64,000 bases of DNA from a bacterium (GCA_963693055.1 OY843751.1:5984001-6048000); one strand, 5' to 3'; counted from the stretch's first letter, positions 8,801-21,800 are shown. Notes: generated by a model not told the origin, from the letters alone. Made by a program: numbers and translations.

Positions 8801-10817
8801 GTTCTTTGATTGCTACCAAAGTAATATCATCATTTTGCGGACTGCCTTCAGTAAATGACATAATTTCTGATTTTAAATTTTCTACAAATTCATCAGCTGT
8901 AGAATCGCCATTATTCTGAATGACTTTGAGGAACCGTTCTTCACCAAACAAATCGCGCTTGGTATTCATGGCCTCGGTTACACCATCAGTATAAACAATG
9001 AGAATATCATCTTCTGTCAAAGCGATGGAATCTGACTCGAGAGAGTTTTTAAATAGATCTTTATCCGGCAAAGAGATACCAATAGGAAAGCCCTTGGGAT
9101 TCAGATAATAGGTTTTCTTTTGGGACGCGCGGTACAAAATCATGGGATTATGACCAGCACTAGCATAATTGATACGTCGTTTTTTGGAATCGACAATAAC
9201 ATAAAACAAGGTCACAAACATACCTTTTTTCATATCATTGACCACAAAATCATTTACACGGGTCAGCACTTCTGCGGCATCTTTAACACCGCGGGCTTCA
9301 GTCCGTAATGCGGTACGGATCATGGTCATAACCAGTGATCCTGGCACACCTTTACCCGATACGTCAGCAACAACAATTCCCAGGGTATCCTGATCTACTT
9401 CAACAAAATCATAATAGTCGCCACCCACCTCTTTGGCCGCAGCATAAAAAGAAGCTAAATCATAGCCCTCAAGATCCGGGAATTCAGAAGGCAGCAGCGT
9501 CTGCTGAATTTCCTGAGCAACCTGCATTTCTTTTTGCAAGCGTTCCTGCTCGGCAAGGTTTGCCTGAGAATCTCGAAGTTTCAGAGTAATATCACTAAAG
9601 GCTTTGGCAATTTCGCCGACTTCTGTTGACGTATCGATTTCTAAATCTTCAAGATCTCCCGGCTGATTCATGGTTTTTACCCAGTCCTGCAAACGTTTCA
9701 GGGGGGTCATTACCAGATAAATCAGTAAAAAGAGACCAGCCGCACCAATAACCCAAACTAACAATACCAAATTTAAATAGCTGAATCTGGCTGCATTCAT
9801 TTCCTTTTGTATAATCTGATAGTCAATTAAAAAATGAAGTGTACACAGGGTCCGGTCTTCCGCATTCCTGACCTGCCAGGTATAATCGACTACTTTTTCA
9901 CCAGAGGGTAAACGATATTCGTATACATTTTCTTCAAGCTTTTTATTCTCACCCGGTATATCAAAACGACTCAATATACGAAAATACACAGAATCATATT
10001 CCGCGGTTGATAATATATTTTGTATATTATCAACAACAAATGCATTCAGCAGAATATCACTATATTCCGTATTGAGCAAATTTTTGATAGAGGTGTTGGT
10101 ATAATCAAGTATGATGGGATCCATACTTCCATTTTTTACCAGGTCATCTATAATTTCATCAGTAATAAGATCATTATCGGGGATTAAATTTTCAGAAATA
10201 TCGCTGCCAACAATAGAACAGGCTTCGCGGGCTTTTTCAATATAGCGTGACAGAACAACCTGATTCTGGTCCATAAAAAAAAACAAATAGACCAGTACCA
10301 AAACAATCGTAAACGCCGCCATGGAAAACAACCAATAACGAGCTTTTAGACCCAAGGGAATTGGTGAAACCGTAATTTTAGGACGACCGGGCTTTTCCTG
10401 TTTGTTCTTGGTAAGCCACAGCTCATTTCCCTCTTCTGTCTTTTTATAGTCGATACGGTCCAAAAGGCGGCGCATCATAAAAATACCAAGGCCACCCTTT
10501 TTACCAATATCAACATACTTTTGCAGATCTGGGTCTTTGAACTGACGGGGATCGAAATATTTTCCGTTATCAATGAGTACAAATGTAAGACTGCTTTTGC
10601 GCTTGACTGCCCGGATGATAATATCACCATCCCATTCTTTATAAGCGTGTTTGATGATATTGGTTGCTGCTTCATCAATGGACAATTTAAACGCGTTTAC
10701 GACCCGCTCGGAATAGCCATACTTTTTTCCGATACGGGTCACAAATTCACGTAATTCACCCAGATGGTCTACATTTGCCTGTATTTTTAATTGTTCATTT
10801 TCTGATGTTTTTGCCAA
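5820..10817 (-). CDS. Membrane-anchored fusion: RsbW-like Ser kinase/anti-sigma, TM, periplasmic domain, TM, HAMP, SpoIIE/RsbU PP2C phosphatase, HTH, acidic linker, TPR
   Basis: Kinase boxes DEAATNIIKHAY, DNGKYFDP, KGGLGIFMM; two TM helices; HAMP MTPLKRL..EVGEIAKAF; PP2C motifs VGGDYYD, VADVSGKG, SAGHNP, YTDGVTEA, DDITLV; ~700-aa D/E-rich region; C-terminal TPRs. Confidence 0.88.
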   Translation of the reverse strand: MAKTSENEQLKIQANVDHLGELREFVTRIGKKYGYSERVVNAFKLSIDEAATNIIKHAYKEWDGDIIIRAVKRKSSLTFVLIDNGKYFDPRQFKDPDLQKYVDIGKKGGLGIFMMRRLLDRIDYKKTEEGNELWLTKNKQEKPGRPKITVSPIPLGLKARYWLFSMAAFTIVLVLVYLFFFMDQNQVVLSRYIEKAREACSIVGSDISENLIPDNDLITDEIIDDLVKNGSMDPIILDYTNTSIKNLLNTEYSDILLNAFVVDNIQNILSTAEYDSVYFRILSRFDIPGENKKLEENVYEYRLPSGEKVVDYTWQVRNAEDRTLCTLHFLIDYQIIQKEMNAARFSYLNLVLLVWVIGAAGLFLLIYLVMTPLKRLQDWVKTMNQPGDLEDLEIDTSTEVGEIAKAFSDITLKLRDSQANLAEQERLQKEMQVAQEIQQTLLPSEFPDLEGYDLASFYAAAKEVGGDYYDFVEVDQDTLGIVVADVSGKGVPGSLVMTMIRTALRTEARGVKDAAEVLTRVNDFVVNDMKKGMFVTLFYVIVDSKKRRINYASAGHNPMILYRASQKKTYYLNPKGFPIGISLPDKDLFKNSLESDSIALTEDDILIVYTDGVTEAMNTKRDLFGEERFLKVIQNNGDSTADEFVENLKSEIMSFTEGSPQNDDITLVAIKEQTSAEKLELKRAKDAYMAIQNGKSVKQACKEAGISTYSYYNKYKTRFEENELDDVLADEPSEEFEVKQLSIEEKTKIYDVIKRFPEFGAKRISEELNSEHYENTVISPAKIYDELVSSRLNTKKLREGFIARGNRQKRMKPPGTPMLTIDGKIIVNKPKPEPRFELPEPVETERHQEVITTGDIFNDEKPQEEEILQNLEQETETVDSAEGQELDSAVEETHEPIQIEEMPLEDVLTFEDLTDFSFDVDETFNEMESELTQAPEVSESLNQEELSVSNDTSDDNRESDALKMVSDTESNETEDIESIDLETDLMGSDDIESHVSEPGQETPEHETVIDDSVEEPDFMESIFGDSHRELLSVEEPEEIQEQFESEMEEAAHTSETVLEDGNKEPELLTVDDLEKESDIVETLADDTDDESLENIFATKDTVELEVETPAEQPVAENKEEPEQESSLDEQIEQDDEPDPVDSLTVDIDESMFSFPEEETESSSAFDEFMFDHDEDTDPLVQKTETETEKEQDAEAEEPEAGFIHQTEATTESQIDDEIDIFADVEEVDDESLFVKEEPIEENDLVTNDFFVQEETQPEDSEIKENRFDVMDIYDPEMDSQVDHTDAITHPFKDASEPEQFEQPQLDEQVFESISDDSMDSIDDQVLEHYEDNIQASDENLSPADIVLGDEDDETLLIDTNNPLIEIHNLEEEPDVTDLGVEGKYKPRDVEQEERDLIDMLDSNDTLIEEQETPEQKSFYDQHNVEEADVISESSYDQTPPAVQPFDDLVKAEHDDQSDAETVNWEDVKDDFDFSISYDDIWEIKEMKPETRTGAVQSAGPEENKMSFEELIELAGKDDKDDGSASYTASSSPQNPNVQHEKDQLFRDKLMTKAIKLYEKEEYTEAIQVFLELKKKHPQDYKVHGYLGNAYFHNKQYSKAAVEYEQVLQINENNIQACENLGVVYANQGNLSKAIQQWEKLLTISPERIDIKKSIERAKKYLNKMV

Positions 10818-10832
10818 TGATAAACACCTTTT

Positions 10833-12848
10833 TTATTTTGATTGGGCTCTTAATCTTGCCCGACATAAATCAATTGCCTTTAATACATTAAGATTCAACG
10901 GATCAAGCTCGCGTGCACTTTCATAATTTTGCAGTGCTTCTTCGTAACGACCCTGGGTAAATGCTGCCAATCCCTTTTCAAAGAATTGTTTTGCTCTACC
11001 TGTTAACAATTTGGTTTTTGCGTTTGCGCGAGCGTACATTTCATTGTATTTCTTTTGAATTGCCGTGTTGTTTGGTTCAGATTTTAACAATTCTTTATAC
11101 AAATCGGCCGCGCTGGCATAATTTTGCTCAAGCTCATACTGGTTTGCACGACGAATGGTATCGTCACGGTTCAACTTGTTTTCCAGCTGCCTACGGGCAT
11201 TAAGAATTGCCTGGGTTACTTCTGTATCACCTTTGGCTAATTCCAAAGCCTTGTTATAAAACTGAATAGCATCATAAGGTTTACCGTTTAATCTTTGACG
11301 TCTGGCTTCATTCAAGAGCTTGGTAATCTCGCCTTTGAGATTTTCTACAATAACTTCACGCAGGCCTTTAATATGCTCGCTGTTTGGATCAAGTTCAAGT
11401 GCGCGATCACATTCGGTAAGTGCTTCTCTGAAATCCTGTGTTTCAAAATAAGCGGTAGCTTTGTTATAATGATCATCAATCAATTGCTCACGTTGTTGCA
11501 ATTCAATTTCAGCGCGGGTTTTTGCTTCTCTCTGACTGCGCTCATCTTCACGTTTGAGCTCTATTGACGCGTTGATCTCGTTCATCAATTGTCTTGCTTC
11601 ACTAAAAGCAGGATCTTTGCCTGAAGAATCCATAGCCAAAATACGGTTTACATTTGCAAGTGCCGCGTACAAATCACCACTTTTAAAATTGATACGCGCT
11701 TGTTCAAGTCCGCTTAAATATGCAGTACGCTGATCATATTTCTTTTGTCTTTCAACTTCTTCCTGAAATCGTGAAAGCTCATTCAGGTGGATCTCATCGA
11801 GACGCTGCTTGCGTGTTTTACCAATGCTGTAAACCAAAGAAATACGGTGGCTGCTGCTCAAGACATCATAACGGGGGCTCCAGTAAGAATAATCCAACTG
11901 GACTCCATACATATTAACACCCATACCCCATGTTGTCTTCCATGAAGAAACACCATCAGCCTGTTCTCCACGTCCGTCAAAACCCAGTCTCAGGAACAGG
12001 GTTTTTCTAAAATCATATTCCATACCCATATGATAAAATACCGGTACATTCTGAGCGCTGTTAATATCCATCTGAAACGCGAATAATGCATGATGGTTCA
12101 AAAAGTCTTGCCCCACACCTTTAGACATACCAAACAAAAAGTTGCGCGGGGTTTTATCCTGAGTTTCAACTACACGTTGCGTGCGCTGTAAAAAGTTTTG
12201 AATACTCAAACCCATAGAGAAATCTTTTAAAAATCCACTGGTTCTGCCTGGATCAATCAACATACCAAAATCTGCGCCCAAACCGGATTCAGAGTAATTA
12301 CTTTCGCCATCGTATCCCGGCAGGCTGGTCCGCTCTACTTTAAAATTGGTACCCATATAAAACCAGTTAGTAGCTTTAAAACCATAACCGAACATGAACA
12401 GGCTTTTACTGAAATCCCGGGTCCCAAGCTTTGAACCATAATCATCCGTGTTTAAAATATCACCGGTTCCTATTCTCAATACACCCGCCGAAAATGTTCC
12501 GAACGTAAGCGTGGGGTAGGAAAATGAAAAATAATTATAGCTCGTATTCATGGGTAGATTGGTATTGAAAAAACCAAATCCTATTCTGTCCACTCGCTGC
12601 AGGGCAGCTGGGTTCCAGTAAAGCGCATACGGATCATCTACAGCAGACACATATGCACCACCCATTGCCATGGCACGGGCGCCAACAGGATAATCGAAAA
12701 CATCCGTTAATCCACCCCATTGGCCATTTGCAGATTCATATTGTGCAAAACCTACGGTCACCAGAGACAATATAAATACCGCCACGACCGAAATTTTTAA
12801 TAATCTATTCACAGTATGCCACTCTTTTTTTTTATTATTCACAATCAA
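10833..12848 (-). CDS. PorV/PorQ-family outer-membrane beta-barrel fused to a C-terminal coiled-coil/TPR region
   Basis: Signal peptide; PVGARAMAMGGAYVSAVDDPYALYWNPAAL (PorV/FadL-like signature); amphipathic strands up to SHRISLVY; then ~330 aa of TPR-like helices. The true start may be a downstream GTG. Confidence 0.82.
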   Translation of the reverse strand: MIVNNKKKEWHTVNRLLKISVVAVFILSLVTVGFAQYESANGQWGGLTDVFDYPVGARAMAMGGAYVSAVDDPYALYWNPAALQRVDRIGFGFFNTNLPMNTSYNYFSFSYPTLTFGTFSAGVLRIGTGDILNTDDYGSKLGTRDFSKSLFMFGYGFKATNWFYMGTNFKVERTSLPGYDGESNYSESGLGADFGMLIDPGRTSGFLKDFSMGLSIQNFLQRTQRVVETQDKTPRNFLFGMSKGVGQDFLNHHALFAFQMDINSAQNVPVFYHMGMEYDFRKTLFLRLGFDGRGEQADGVSSWKTTWGMGVNMYGVQLDYSYWSPRYDVLSSSHRISLVYSIGKTRKQRLDEIHLNELSRFQEEVERQKKYDQRTAYLSGLEQARINFKSGDLYAALANVNRILAMDSSGKDPAFSEARQLMNEINASIELKREDERSQREAKTRAEIELQQREQLIDDHYNKATAYFETQDFREALTECDRALELDPNSEHIKGLREVIVENLKGEITKLLNEARRQRLNGKPYDAIQFYNKALELAKGDTEVTQAILNARRQLENKLNRDDTIRRANQYELEQNYASAADLYKELLKSEPNNTAIQKKYNEMYARANAKTKLLTGRAKQFFEKGLAAFTQGRYEEALQNYESARELDPLNLNVLKAIDLCRARLRAQSK

Positions 12849-12858
12849 TTAGGTTAAT

Positions 12859-15800
12859 TTATTTAACTACAACCACCTTGGTAGAGGCAACCTTGCCATC
12901 CGAGGTAGACAAATACGCGAAATAAACACCGTTCAATACCAAATGACCTTTACCATTTCTTCCGTCCCATTCAATATCTCCCTGGTGTAAGCCAGATTCA
13001 CATTGAACGTCACCATTTGTCATAAGGTATTCTTTTTTAAGAACCAGATCTCCGGTCATGGTAAAAATTTGCAAAGTTACATCCATCTGGTCTTCAAGAT
13101 AATAAATGAACTTTGTAGATGGGCGATCTGCTCGTCCGAACGGGTTTGGATAATTGTAAAATGATTCCTTGGTTACGGCATCAACAATAACCGCCAGATC
13201 CGATTCCATCAGCAAATAAGATATCGGGTTGCCATCAACGTCTGCCAGTTCAACCTGCTGGTTGTTATCATCTAAGGCAATAATTGGCAAAGAATCTGAC
13301 ATGGTCATTCTGAAATCTTCAACATCCGTACTGAGAATATCTACAAGGATATCTACAGTATCCTGTTCAGCACTCTTGATTGTATCAATCCGAATATCAC
13401 GTAGATCAAGCATAACCTGACCCGGCTTGTCTGTATCCGTAAAGTCTGTGGTTTCAGCAAGCTTGATCGTGTAACCGGCTTTGGGATCAGCAGGCTTTTG
13501 ATACGCGACCACTCTCTTGACAACAGAAGATGCTGATATAACTTCACCTTCTCGGTTTTTGAATGTAAAAAAGAGTTTATTTAGATAGGTGTTTACCTGG
13601 CTTGAAATATCTTTATTTCTAAATACCAGACCCATCATAGGAACATCTGTTCCGCCCTTGATTACGGCTGTTTTTTCCCGGATCTTGTATGACTGGGCTA
13701 TCAGTTTACCGGTTTCAAGCTTGACCTTGACAATATCCGATGTATTATAAGTTGATGCGTTTGCATGTGTATATTGATCGTTTGGCGGATCAACCAAGGT
13801 AAAGGATATCGTTGACAATCCGCTCGTTACGCTGTTTGGTGCCTTTATGTTCCAGGTTAAAGAATCTTCAAAGCCATCCTGAATTAGTGCCTGCTTCAAA
13901 GTATCCGCAGAAGTATAACCGGATGGCAGATTGATCTTGACTGAAAAAGCTCCAACCATCTTGGCAGCACCCAGGTTTGTAACTTTACAAACCGCTTTAA
14001 AATTACTACCAATCCGTACACTGGATGTATCTTGAGTCTGTTGTCCCAACAGATAAGAATCAAAATTCACCAGAGCCCGTTCAACAACAAATATGGAAAA
14101 TCTTACAGAATCTTCCTGCACTGAACCCATCTGGTAAGAGTTGGTATCTCGTGCGGCTTCAAGCAGAGTAATAGTAAAAGAAGATGCCTCACTATTTGTC
14201 GGTTTTGTTCGTGGTGCTGTTATTCGCCACGTTGGATGATCCTGATTATTAAACTGCTCCCATCTGTATACCTGTTGTTTGTTGCCTTGAACTTCAAATT
14301 CCGGCGGAGCTGAAATTTTAACAACAAAGCTGTCTTGTCTCATGTACTGGGCGCCATCATGACGAATATAGGCTTCTATATCAAAGTCCTGATATGTAGA
14401 GACAACTTCTTGCTGTTCCTCCGGCCATGCATTGGGCCAAACAATTCTGGGCTCTACTTTGAATTTGGTTTTCTCTACCACATGTACAAAAATAGAGTCA
14501 GAACGCCATACCAACTCAACACCCGAAGCTTCATCTTCTGCAGTTACTTCAACATAAAGTGTATCTTTAGCATCCGTAAGAATATGGTGTTCAGCCGGGG
14601 CTGTAACTTCCCAGGTAACTTCCTGATAAAATCCCATTGGAACACTTTGTACTTTATCAGTCACTTTATAGGTTGCCGGAGTAACCAGTCTTGCGGCAAT
14701 TTTGTCCGGGTTAACCTTGTAAGAATTTACTTCTGTTGTAATATAAAACGTCTGATCAGTAGAAATAATATTGTCTTTAGCTCCGGATGGTGAACTGATT
14801 TCTGCAACATCGTTATTGATCCGGATTCTTCCAAGCTCTTGAACAAATACACGAATTTCCTTAACTGTTGCATCATCAACGGTTTTTGCATATTCATTCG
14901 TATTCGTATCACGCGGAGCCTGAACAATCTCTACTGTTATATCTTTACCATCTGTATCAATTGCACCCGCATCTACAATCCACTCTACTGATTCTGTTTC
15001 TCCGGTAAAGGTGGTTTGCAATGGAGTTGTATTACTCTCTGCAAGCGTCAGGTTACTTTGACCCAGATCCAGACGAATAATACCATTTCCATATACATTG
15101 GCTTCACCCTGGTTTTTGATTCTGGCGCGAAGGGTTATGCTTTTCTGATCTTTGGAAAAATAAGCTTCTCGCTCTCTGGGTTCATTATACCCAAGCTCAT
15201 CCTGAGATTCAAATGCTTCAATTGCTATATTTGCTCGTTTTTCTACAGAAACTATAGTCAAACTGTCTTCAACTGTTTTAGGTACTCCTGCTTCTACGGC
15301 TTCTGCAAAAACTCTAAATTTGTGCAGATTATCAAACTTTTCTTCCGGCGCTGTTAAAACCCATTCAATAGTATCCGGGCTGTTTACTAAAGGACTTGTT
15401 TGTTCTGAAATTAGATTATATTCAACATCTCCGGGCAAGTTATCCGGAAACTCGAGACGTGCCTGTCGGTTCTGCAGGTTTGTTGTAGAACTGATAATTG
15501 CACGCATGGTAAAGGATTGTACGGTGGAAAGAATACCATCGGTAGCACCAACGGGTTTGAAAATTTCAAACGCGTCAATAACCAAATTCGAACTCGACGT
15601 TCTTGCATAGATCGAATCTACGCTGGTTGTTACAATTGCCGGTTCATTGATATTCAAATCAACCGGAATAGTAGTAATCTCTCCAAGAATTTTTCGATTC
15701 GCAGTAGTAACCGCGGGTGATTTTAATACAAATTGAACATCTGTATAGGGTACCGCATCTACCAGTTGAAAATCCAATGCTGTGGGATCTACTGTATACA

Positions 15801-18800
15801 AATCCTGTGCTATCTTGATAGAGTAACCTTCAGGTGGAGTCAACGTAACCTTACCATTTCCGGTCTGTGCGCTACCCAAATTACGAATGCGGGCAAGCAC
15901 ATTAAAGTCCTGAGCAAGCGTCAACACACTGTCACCCTCGTTCTCAAACAAAAGCTCTAATGCTAAATTTGCCTGGCGCTGAATACGCATGGTTGCCAGA
16001 GCATCGCTCTCCTTGTCCGGCTTGCGGATACGTGCCTCAAGTTGTGTATCTTTGGACAATGCTGAAAGTATAGTGGCACTGAACACTTCTTCTTTTTCTC
16101 CGTCCAGCTCTGACCAGGTATCATCAGCAGTTAATGTAAAGATTGCCAGAGATTCAGAATCACGATTAATGCTGTCAATAACAACGGTATCGGGTTCAAG
16201 CATGGAATTACCGTCTGTGGTTAACATCACTTTGACAGAATCAACGCCTAGTAACTGTCCTGCTCTTACAAGAACATGAACTTCAAATTCCTGACCGCGG
16301 TTAACCAGACCTTTCTCTTCTTCATCGTGTTCATTGCTGTTTATTGTTGTTTCAACAATTTGTACAACTGCTTCTGAAATTACATAAACATTTGTAGAAT
16401 CTATAGCTTGCAAATCATTTGCCGGCCCCACATTCATGTCTTCACCATGAATATTGACCTTGATTACCGCGTTACCGGCAATCTCGCCGTTTTCTGCAAT
16501 ACTAAAAGCCAATGTGTCGGTTTGACCGGCGCGTAAAATCAAATCACCTGAACTGCGCAATTTCACGGGTGGACGAACATCATACGTATTGTCTTCCTGT
16601 CCGTCAACTACAAAGGTAACATTGCTACTGCCAAGTTCTGTTAATTGAACATCCGCCTCGCCATCGTTAAACAACTCTACATAGAGGTTCCATGGCGCCT
16701 GGCTATAGTTCGCAATGATCTCGCCATTATCTACATCTGCAACCAGATTAGAGATCAGCATTTCAGCACCTTTTTCAAGGTCTGCAAAAGTAGTATCGTT
16801 ATCACCACCATCCAGAAAATCCGGTTGTTGGTTATCATTCTTGCCTTTTGCATCAAACAGTGACGCGTAAATATTTACTTTTCCAGCCGCGGTACTGTTG
16901 CCGGCTTGTAATGTAAATATCACGGTCCCGGTATCTCCACCTGCTATTTCCTGTTCAATAAACAATGGAGTTTCCTGAACGGTTGCATGTAACGTGCTGG
17001 AAGTCATCATGGATAAGCGAACTTCTTTGGCTGCTTCTGAACCATAATTTGCCACTTTGACTTCAACCGGGAATGTCTGGCTCTGACTTACTTTTTTATC
17101 CGGATTTGGTGCCAGATTTTTTGTGCTAACAATCTGCAACTGTGCAGGATTATAAATTTTTATCATTACCGAATCATCTTCTGCCTGAGATATCTTGGAC
17201 TGTGTTCCATCCTGTCCATAAGCATAAACAATTTCGGATCTTAGTTTTTCACCAACAAGGTTTTGGGCATCATCAGCAATAACAGTAAAAACACCTTCTT
17301 TGTCTTCACCAAAACCAATATTTTCAACCAGAATCTCACCCTGAACGGATGAAAGCTGAGATAACAGCCTTACCCGAACGGAATCGAGTCCCTGGTCTGC
17401 TTTGTTTTCAATTTTTACCCGTACATTAAATGTCTGTCCGGTATTGACCAATCCCACTCCCTCTTCATCGATATTTGGGGTTGTAGGATCAATATATGTT
17501 TCGGTAATACCTACCGCAGAGGTCTTTGTGAAATAGACCTGTGTCTGTCCTGATTCTGTGAATGTTGAAATTGCTGGATCATTCCAGTCTTGTGCGCGAA
17601 TATTTGCTGTAACTGTAAAGATTCCACTCACTGAAGGAGTATTGGTTACCGTATAATTCAATACCTGAGTTTCACCCGCAGTTAACAAAGAGTCTGTCCA
17701 GATTTCAGAGGCTTTAATCACATAACCTTCTCGGTTAATAGAGATATCGGTATCCTGTGGTTTTTTGAGCAAAATTGTACCGGTACCGGTATTAGATACG
17801 GTAACATTGATTGCCCATGGCGCCTGTGTACCTGAAACAATGGTATCGTTTTCTGTAGTTACATTCAAGACATCCAGTATACCGGGATTTTGTGTTGTAA
17901 ACTCGGCACTGTTGTCGAGTGGTGATTCTATGTTTGCTGACTGTCCGGTGTTTCTTGCAATTGCACTTGATATATTTCCAATGACTACATCTCTGAAATT
18001 GGACAAATTAGGAGCTCTTACCAGAATACCGGGAGTAGTGACTTTGGAATCGTTGATTTTTACAGAATCTAATGTTACAGTATTTCCATTTGGGAAAGTA
18101 ATTCCATTGTTCTGTGCTGAAAAATCTATTACCAAATGTTCAACCATATCACCATTATCACCACCAACATTGCTGACCTGGGCTTGTACATAGAATTCCT
18201 GGTTTGTGTTAACCAGTGTATTTGATCGCAAATCTGCAAATACATTGTCAATGCGGATACTGGCATTTTCCTGAATACTTAGAGATATTGAACTTGACTG
18301 GTCTTGAATATCACGACCGGTGTTCAACTCATCGGTAAGAATAGTTGCGTTAACAGTAAATGGTCCAACAGACACGGAACTGCTTACATTGGTTACTGTA
18401 AAGACCAAACTGTCAACACCACCACCAACCAGCCTTGCTGTTCCGTTACCACTAAATGCAGTGGGTGCGGTAACAGTAAAATACTGATTGCCCCGGCTAA
18501 AATTAATCAAACTACCGGTACGAAGTTGTACCTCACTTTGTCCGATATTGGTGACTTTGGCGGTAATGGTCCACGGTACGGTTTGACCACGTGTAATAGT
18601 TGGCTGACTTGAACGGATACTGTTGATCACAATATCCGCCGGAGATTGTGACATGATCTGTGCAGCATTGTACAATTGGTCAGTAAATTGTCTGCCTGCG
18701 TCATTTGCATCAACCATGCCCACTTCGGTAGAAACCAGAATAGCTCCTGTAGGCGCATTAGCTGAAACTGCACTAATGGTTACATTGATCGAGTCCCGGC

Positions 18801-21800
18801 CATCACTTGCCAGCACTCCGGTGCCGCTACCCAAGAATGTAGTAGCAGGCGTATAAGTAAAGTAATTAGTTACATCATCCGTACTATAGTTAAAAGTCAG
18901 AGATACATTCTGCAAACGCATATCACTGATATCATTATTTTCTACAGTTATAACAGCAGTCCAGCTATTGGTCTGACCTACCGTAACCGAACCTGTACTG
19001 GTCCGAATTCCGGTAACCGTCAAATCTCCTGGCTCACCAACGGTTACCAGATCGCTGCCGGGTGTAAGAGAACGGGTGTAGACACTTCCGTTTTCAACAC
19101 CATTCAGTGAAATGGTTACAGGATAGCTGTCATTTGCTATAAATTCTGAAGGTACATTTTTGCTGTTAAAATGTAATGTCGTGGTTCCGGATCCAATAGT
19201 GGTTCCATAACCGGGATCAAGAGTTGCTGAAAAAACATGGCTGCCGCCATTAACCGCATCACTAAACTCTATTGTGGTTTGTTCTTCATCCAGTTGAACC
19301 GTAGCACCACCCGAGTTGCTAACACTCATTTGAAAGTCTGCAGCCGTACCCGGAAAAACACTGCGGGGTTGCAATGAACCACTCACATAGGTAACGTTTG
19401 GTGGTGTCTGCATAACAACCGTTCCGGAAACACCATCGTTCGCAACTGTTACATCACTAATCACCATGTTTCGGTTGGCTTCCGTACCCTGAACCCGACC
19501 CAAAATATTCATCGTACCCGAAGAAAAAGTGTTCGATGTAACATGGAAAATCAATTGATCTGTTGATCCTGCCGCCAATGTTGTACCGCCGGCAATTTCC
19601 AGATCTGTAGGCCATGTAAGATCAACATCATTAAGTTCCTGGGCTGACGCAGAATAAAATTTCAACCAGGTGTTTGTATCGGTAAAATCAATTTCTACAT
19701 CTGAACCGCCGTTATTTGAAATATCAACGACAATATCCCATTCTGTTGAACTGCCAATGGATATGGTATTTCGGGATGGTGTAATATCTGTGATTTGTAA
19801 ATTAGAAGCACTAACAACTTCTACCGACGCTCCACTACTCACCGTTGGTTCTTTTACAACCAACGTATTCTGAACCTGATAACTGAGTCTAACATTCAAA
19901 TTATGAGTACCGGTTGTGGTACCATTTTCTGTAACCGTAAAAACCATGGTCTTTGACTCGTCTGGTGCCAGGGTGGTGCTCAGATCAGTAAAAGTAGAAG
20001 GACGGGTATGTGTAACCTGTGCCGAAGAAACAAGAGATGTACGGGTAAAATCAAAATCAACAGTACTGCCACCGGTATTTTCAACTTCAACCGTAACAGT
20101 CCAGCTGTGTGTATCGTCACCTGCCACAACCTCGGGTTGAGAAGGTGTAGCCGAAACAATCTGTATGATCTCTGGAGTTTGAACTTCAACACCACTATAA
20201 ACTTCGTCCAAAGTAGATGTGGTATGATCACCACTGATAGTTGCAACACGTGCAAAAATATCAAGAGTTCCGGTCATGGTGCCGGTTTCATTAACGGTAT
20301 AGGTCAGGGTAGTTGTTCCTGTTGCAGGAATAGAAAAGGTACCTGTAGGTCCTGTAATATCATAACCGGTATCTACCGTACCTCGTTTGAATTGGATATA
20401 GGATTGTGTAGAATTACTTGACAACTGGATTGGGGTTGTTGTACTGTTATTTCTTACAACCACCTGAACAGTCCAGTCTGCAGTTTGCCCCTGTGTTACC
20501 GTGGTTTGTGACGGTGTGATACTAACAATTTCAATATCTGTGGGTATGCTCTTAACCTGGATGTAATTAGACTCGGTTGCTACACCTGCTGAAATATCAG
20601 CAACAGTAATGGTTTGATTACCAACCGTATGTAAAGAAAAATCCGCACCCGGAAAAGCACGAACACCATTAAACAATGTCGTACTACTTGGCAAATCTAC
20701 TTCAACCTTTGTATCAGTAGAAGTAAATTGAACAGTCCCGGTATAATTGGTTTTAACGTTACCAAAATCATCAAGAGCGGTCACGGTAATGTCATTTGTA
20801 AATGTTGCACCACTATCAACAGACACCGGTACACCAGCAAGATCAAATTCTTCAAGAGAACCCGGCTGTACATCAAAGTTCACAGAACGGGTAATGGAAT
20901 TGGCAGTTGCATTAATAGTAAGTGACAGCTCTGCATTAAAAAGATTTATCTGAACACTGCCTGAACCATTCACAACATTCAATACACTGGGAAGTACCGG
21001 GGTTTCTCCGTTTGGAGAGGTATGTGTGCCGCCGTCATCAAACGCAAGGGCAAACGATTCGTTCAATGGATTTCCCGAAGCGTCTTGCGCACCGGTTATT
21101 GACAGTGTAACGGGTTCACCGGCAATTACCAATTCTGGACTCACATCAAACGTGAATACTGACAAGTCACCACCATTTACTACAATGATATCTGAAGTGA
21201 TTGAACGTGTTCCATCATTTACGGTTATTGTCTGGTTGCCAGAATCCTGCAAACGAATACCTGAAAAGCTTCTTTGTCCCAAATCTCCTGAAACAAATGT
21301 ATAGGCGTTAGGAAGTGTATAACGTGTTGATGTCGTTGTAAAAGATACCGTACCCGTATAATTGGTTACGGTATTGTTATACACGTCCTGAGCAGTGACA
21401 ACAACCGGATCTGGAAATGTATTCGTTGCATCAATTGTTGCAGGATACCCTGTCATATCGAGATGATCTACAGCCGCATTGCTAACTGCACTAATATTTA
21501 TATTATCTGTTACCGAAGGATCGGTTAAAAGCGTTCCCACAAACTGAACATTGCTAGCAGCATTATACAAAGTCTGCCCGGTACCACCAGTACCATTTTC
21601 AACTATGATATCGGCTACAACCGGTGCTGTACCGTCCGGTGCAGTTTGGTCAGACGCAAGTTCAATTCTAACGGTCCGTTCATTCACATTGTCAGCCGGG
21701 TTGGCTGCGGGTATACCTGCAGGATTTCCATGGCCGTCTACTGCATTAATAACCTGCAATATAAAAGTCGTACCTGCTGTGATTGAGGCTGCAGCCGTAT

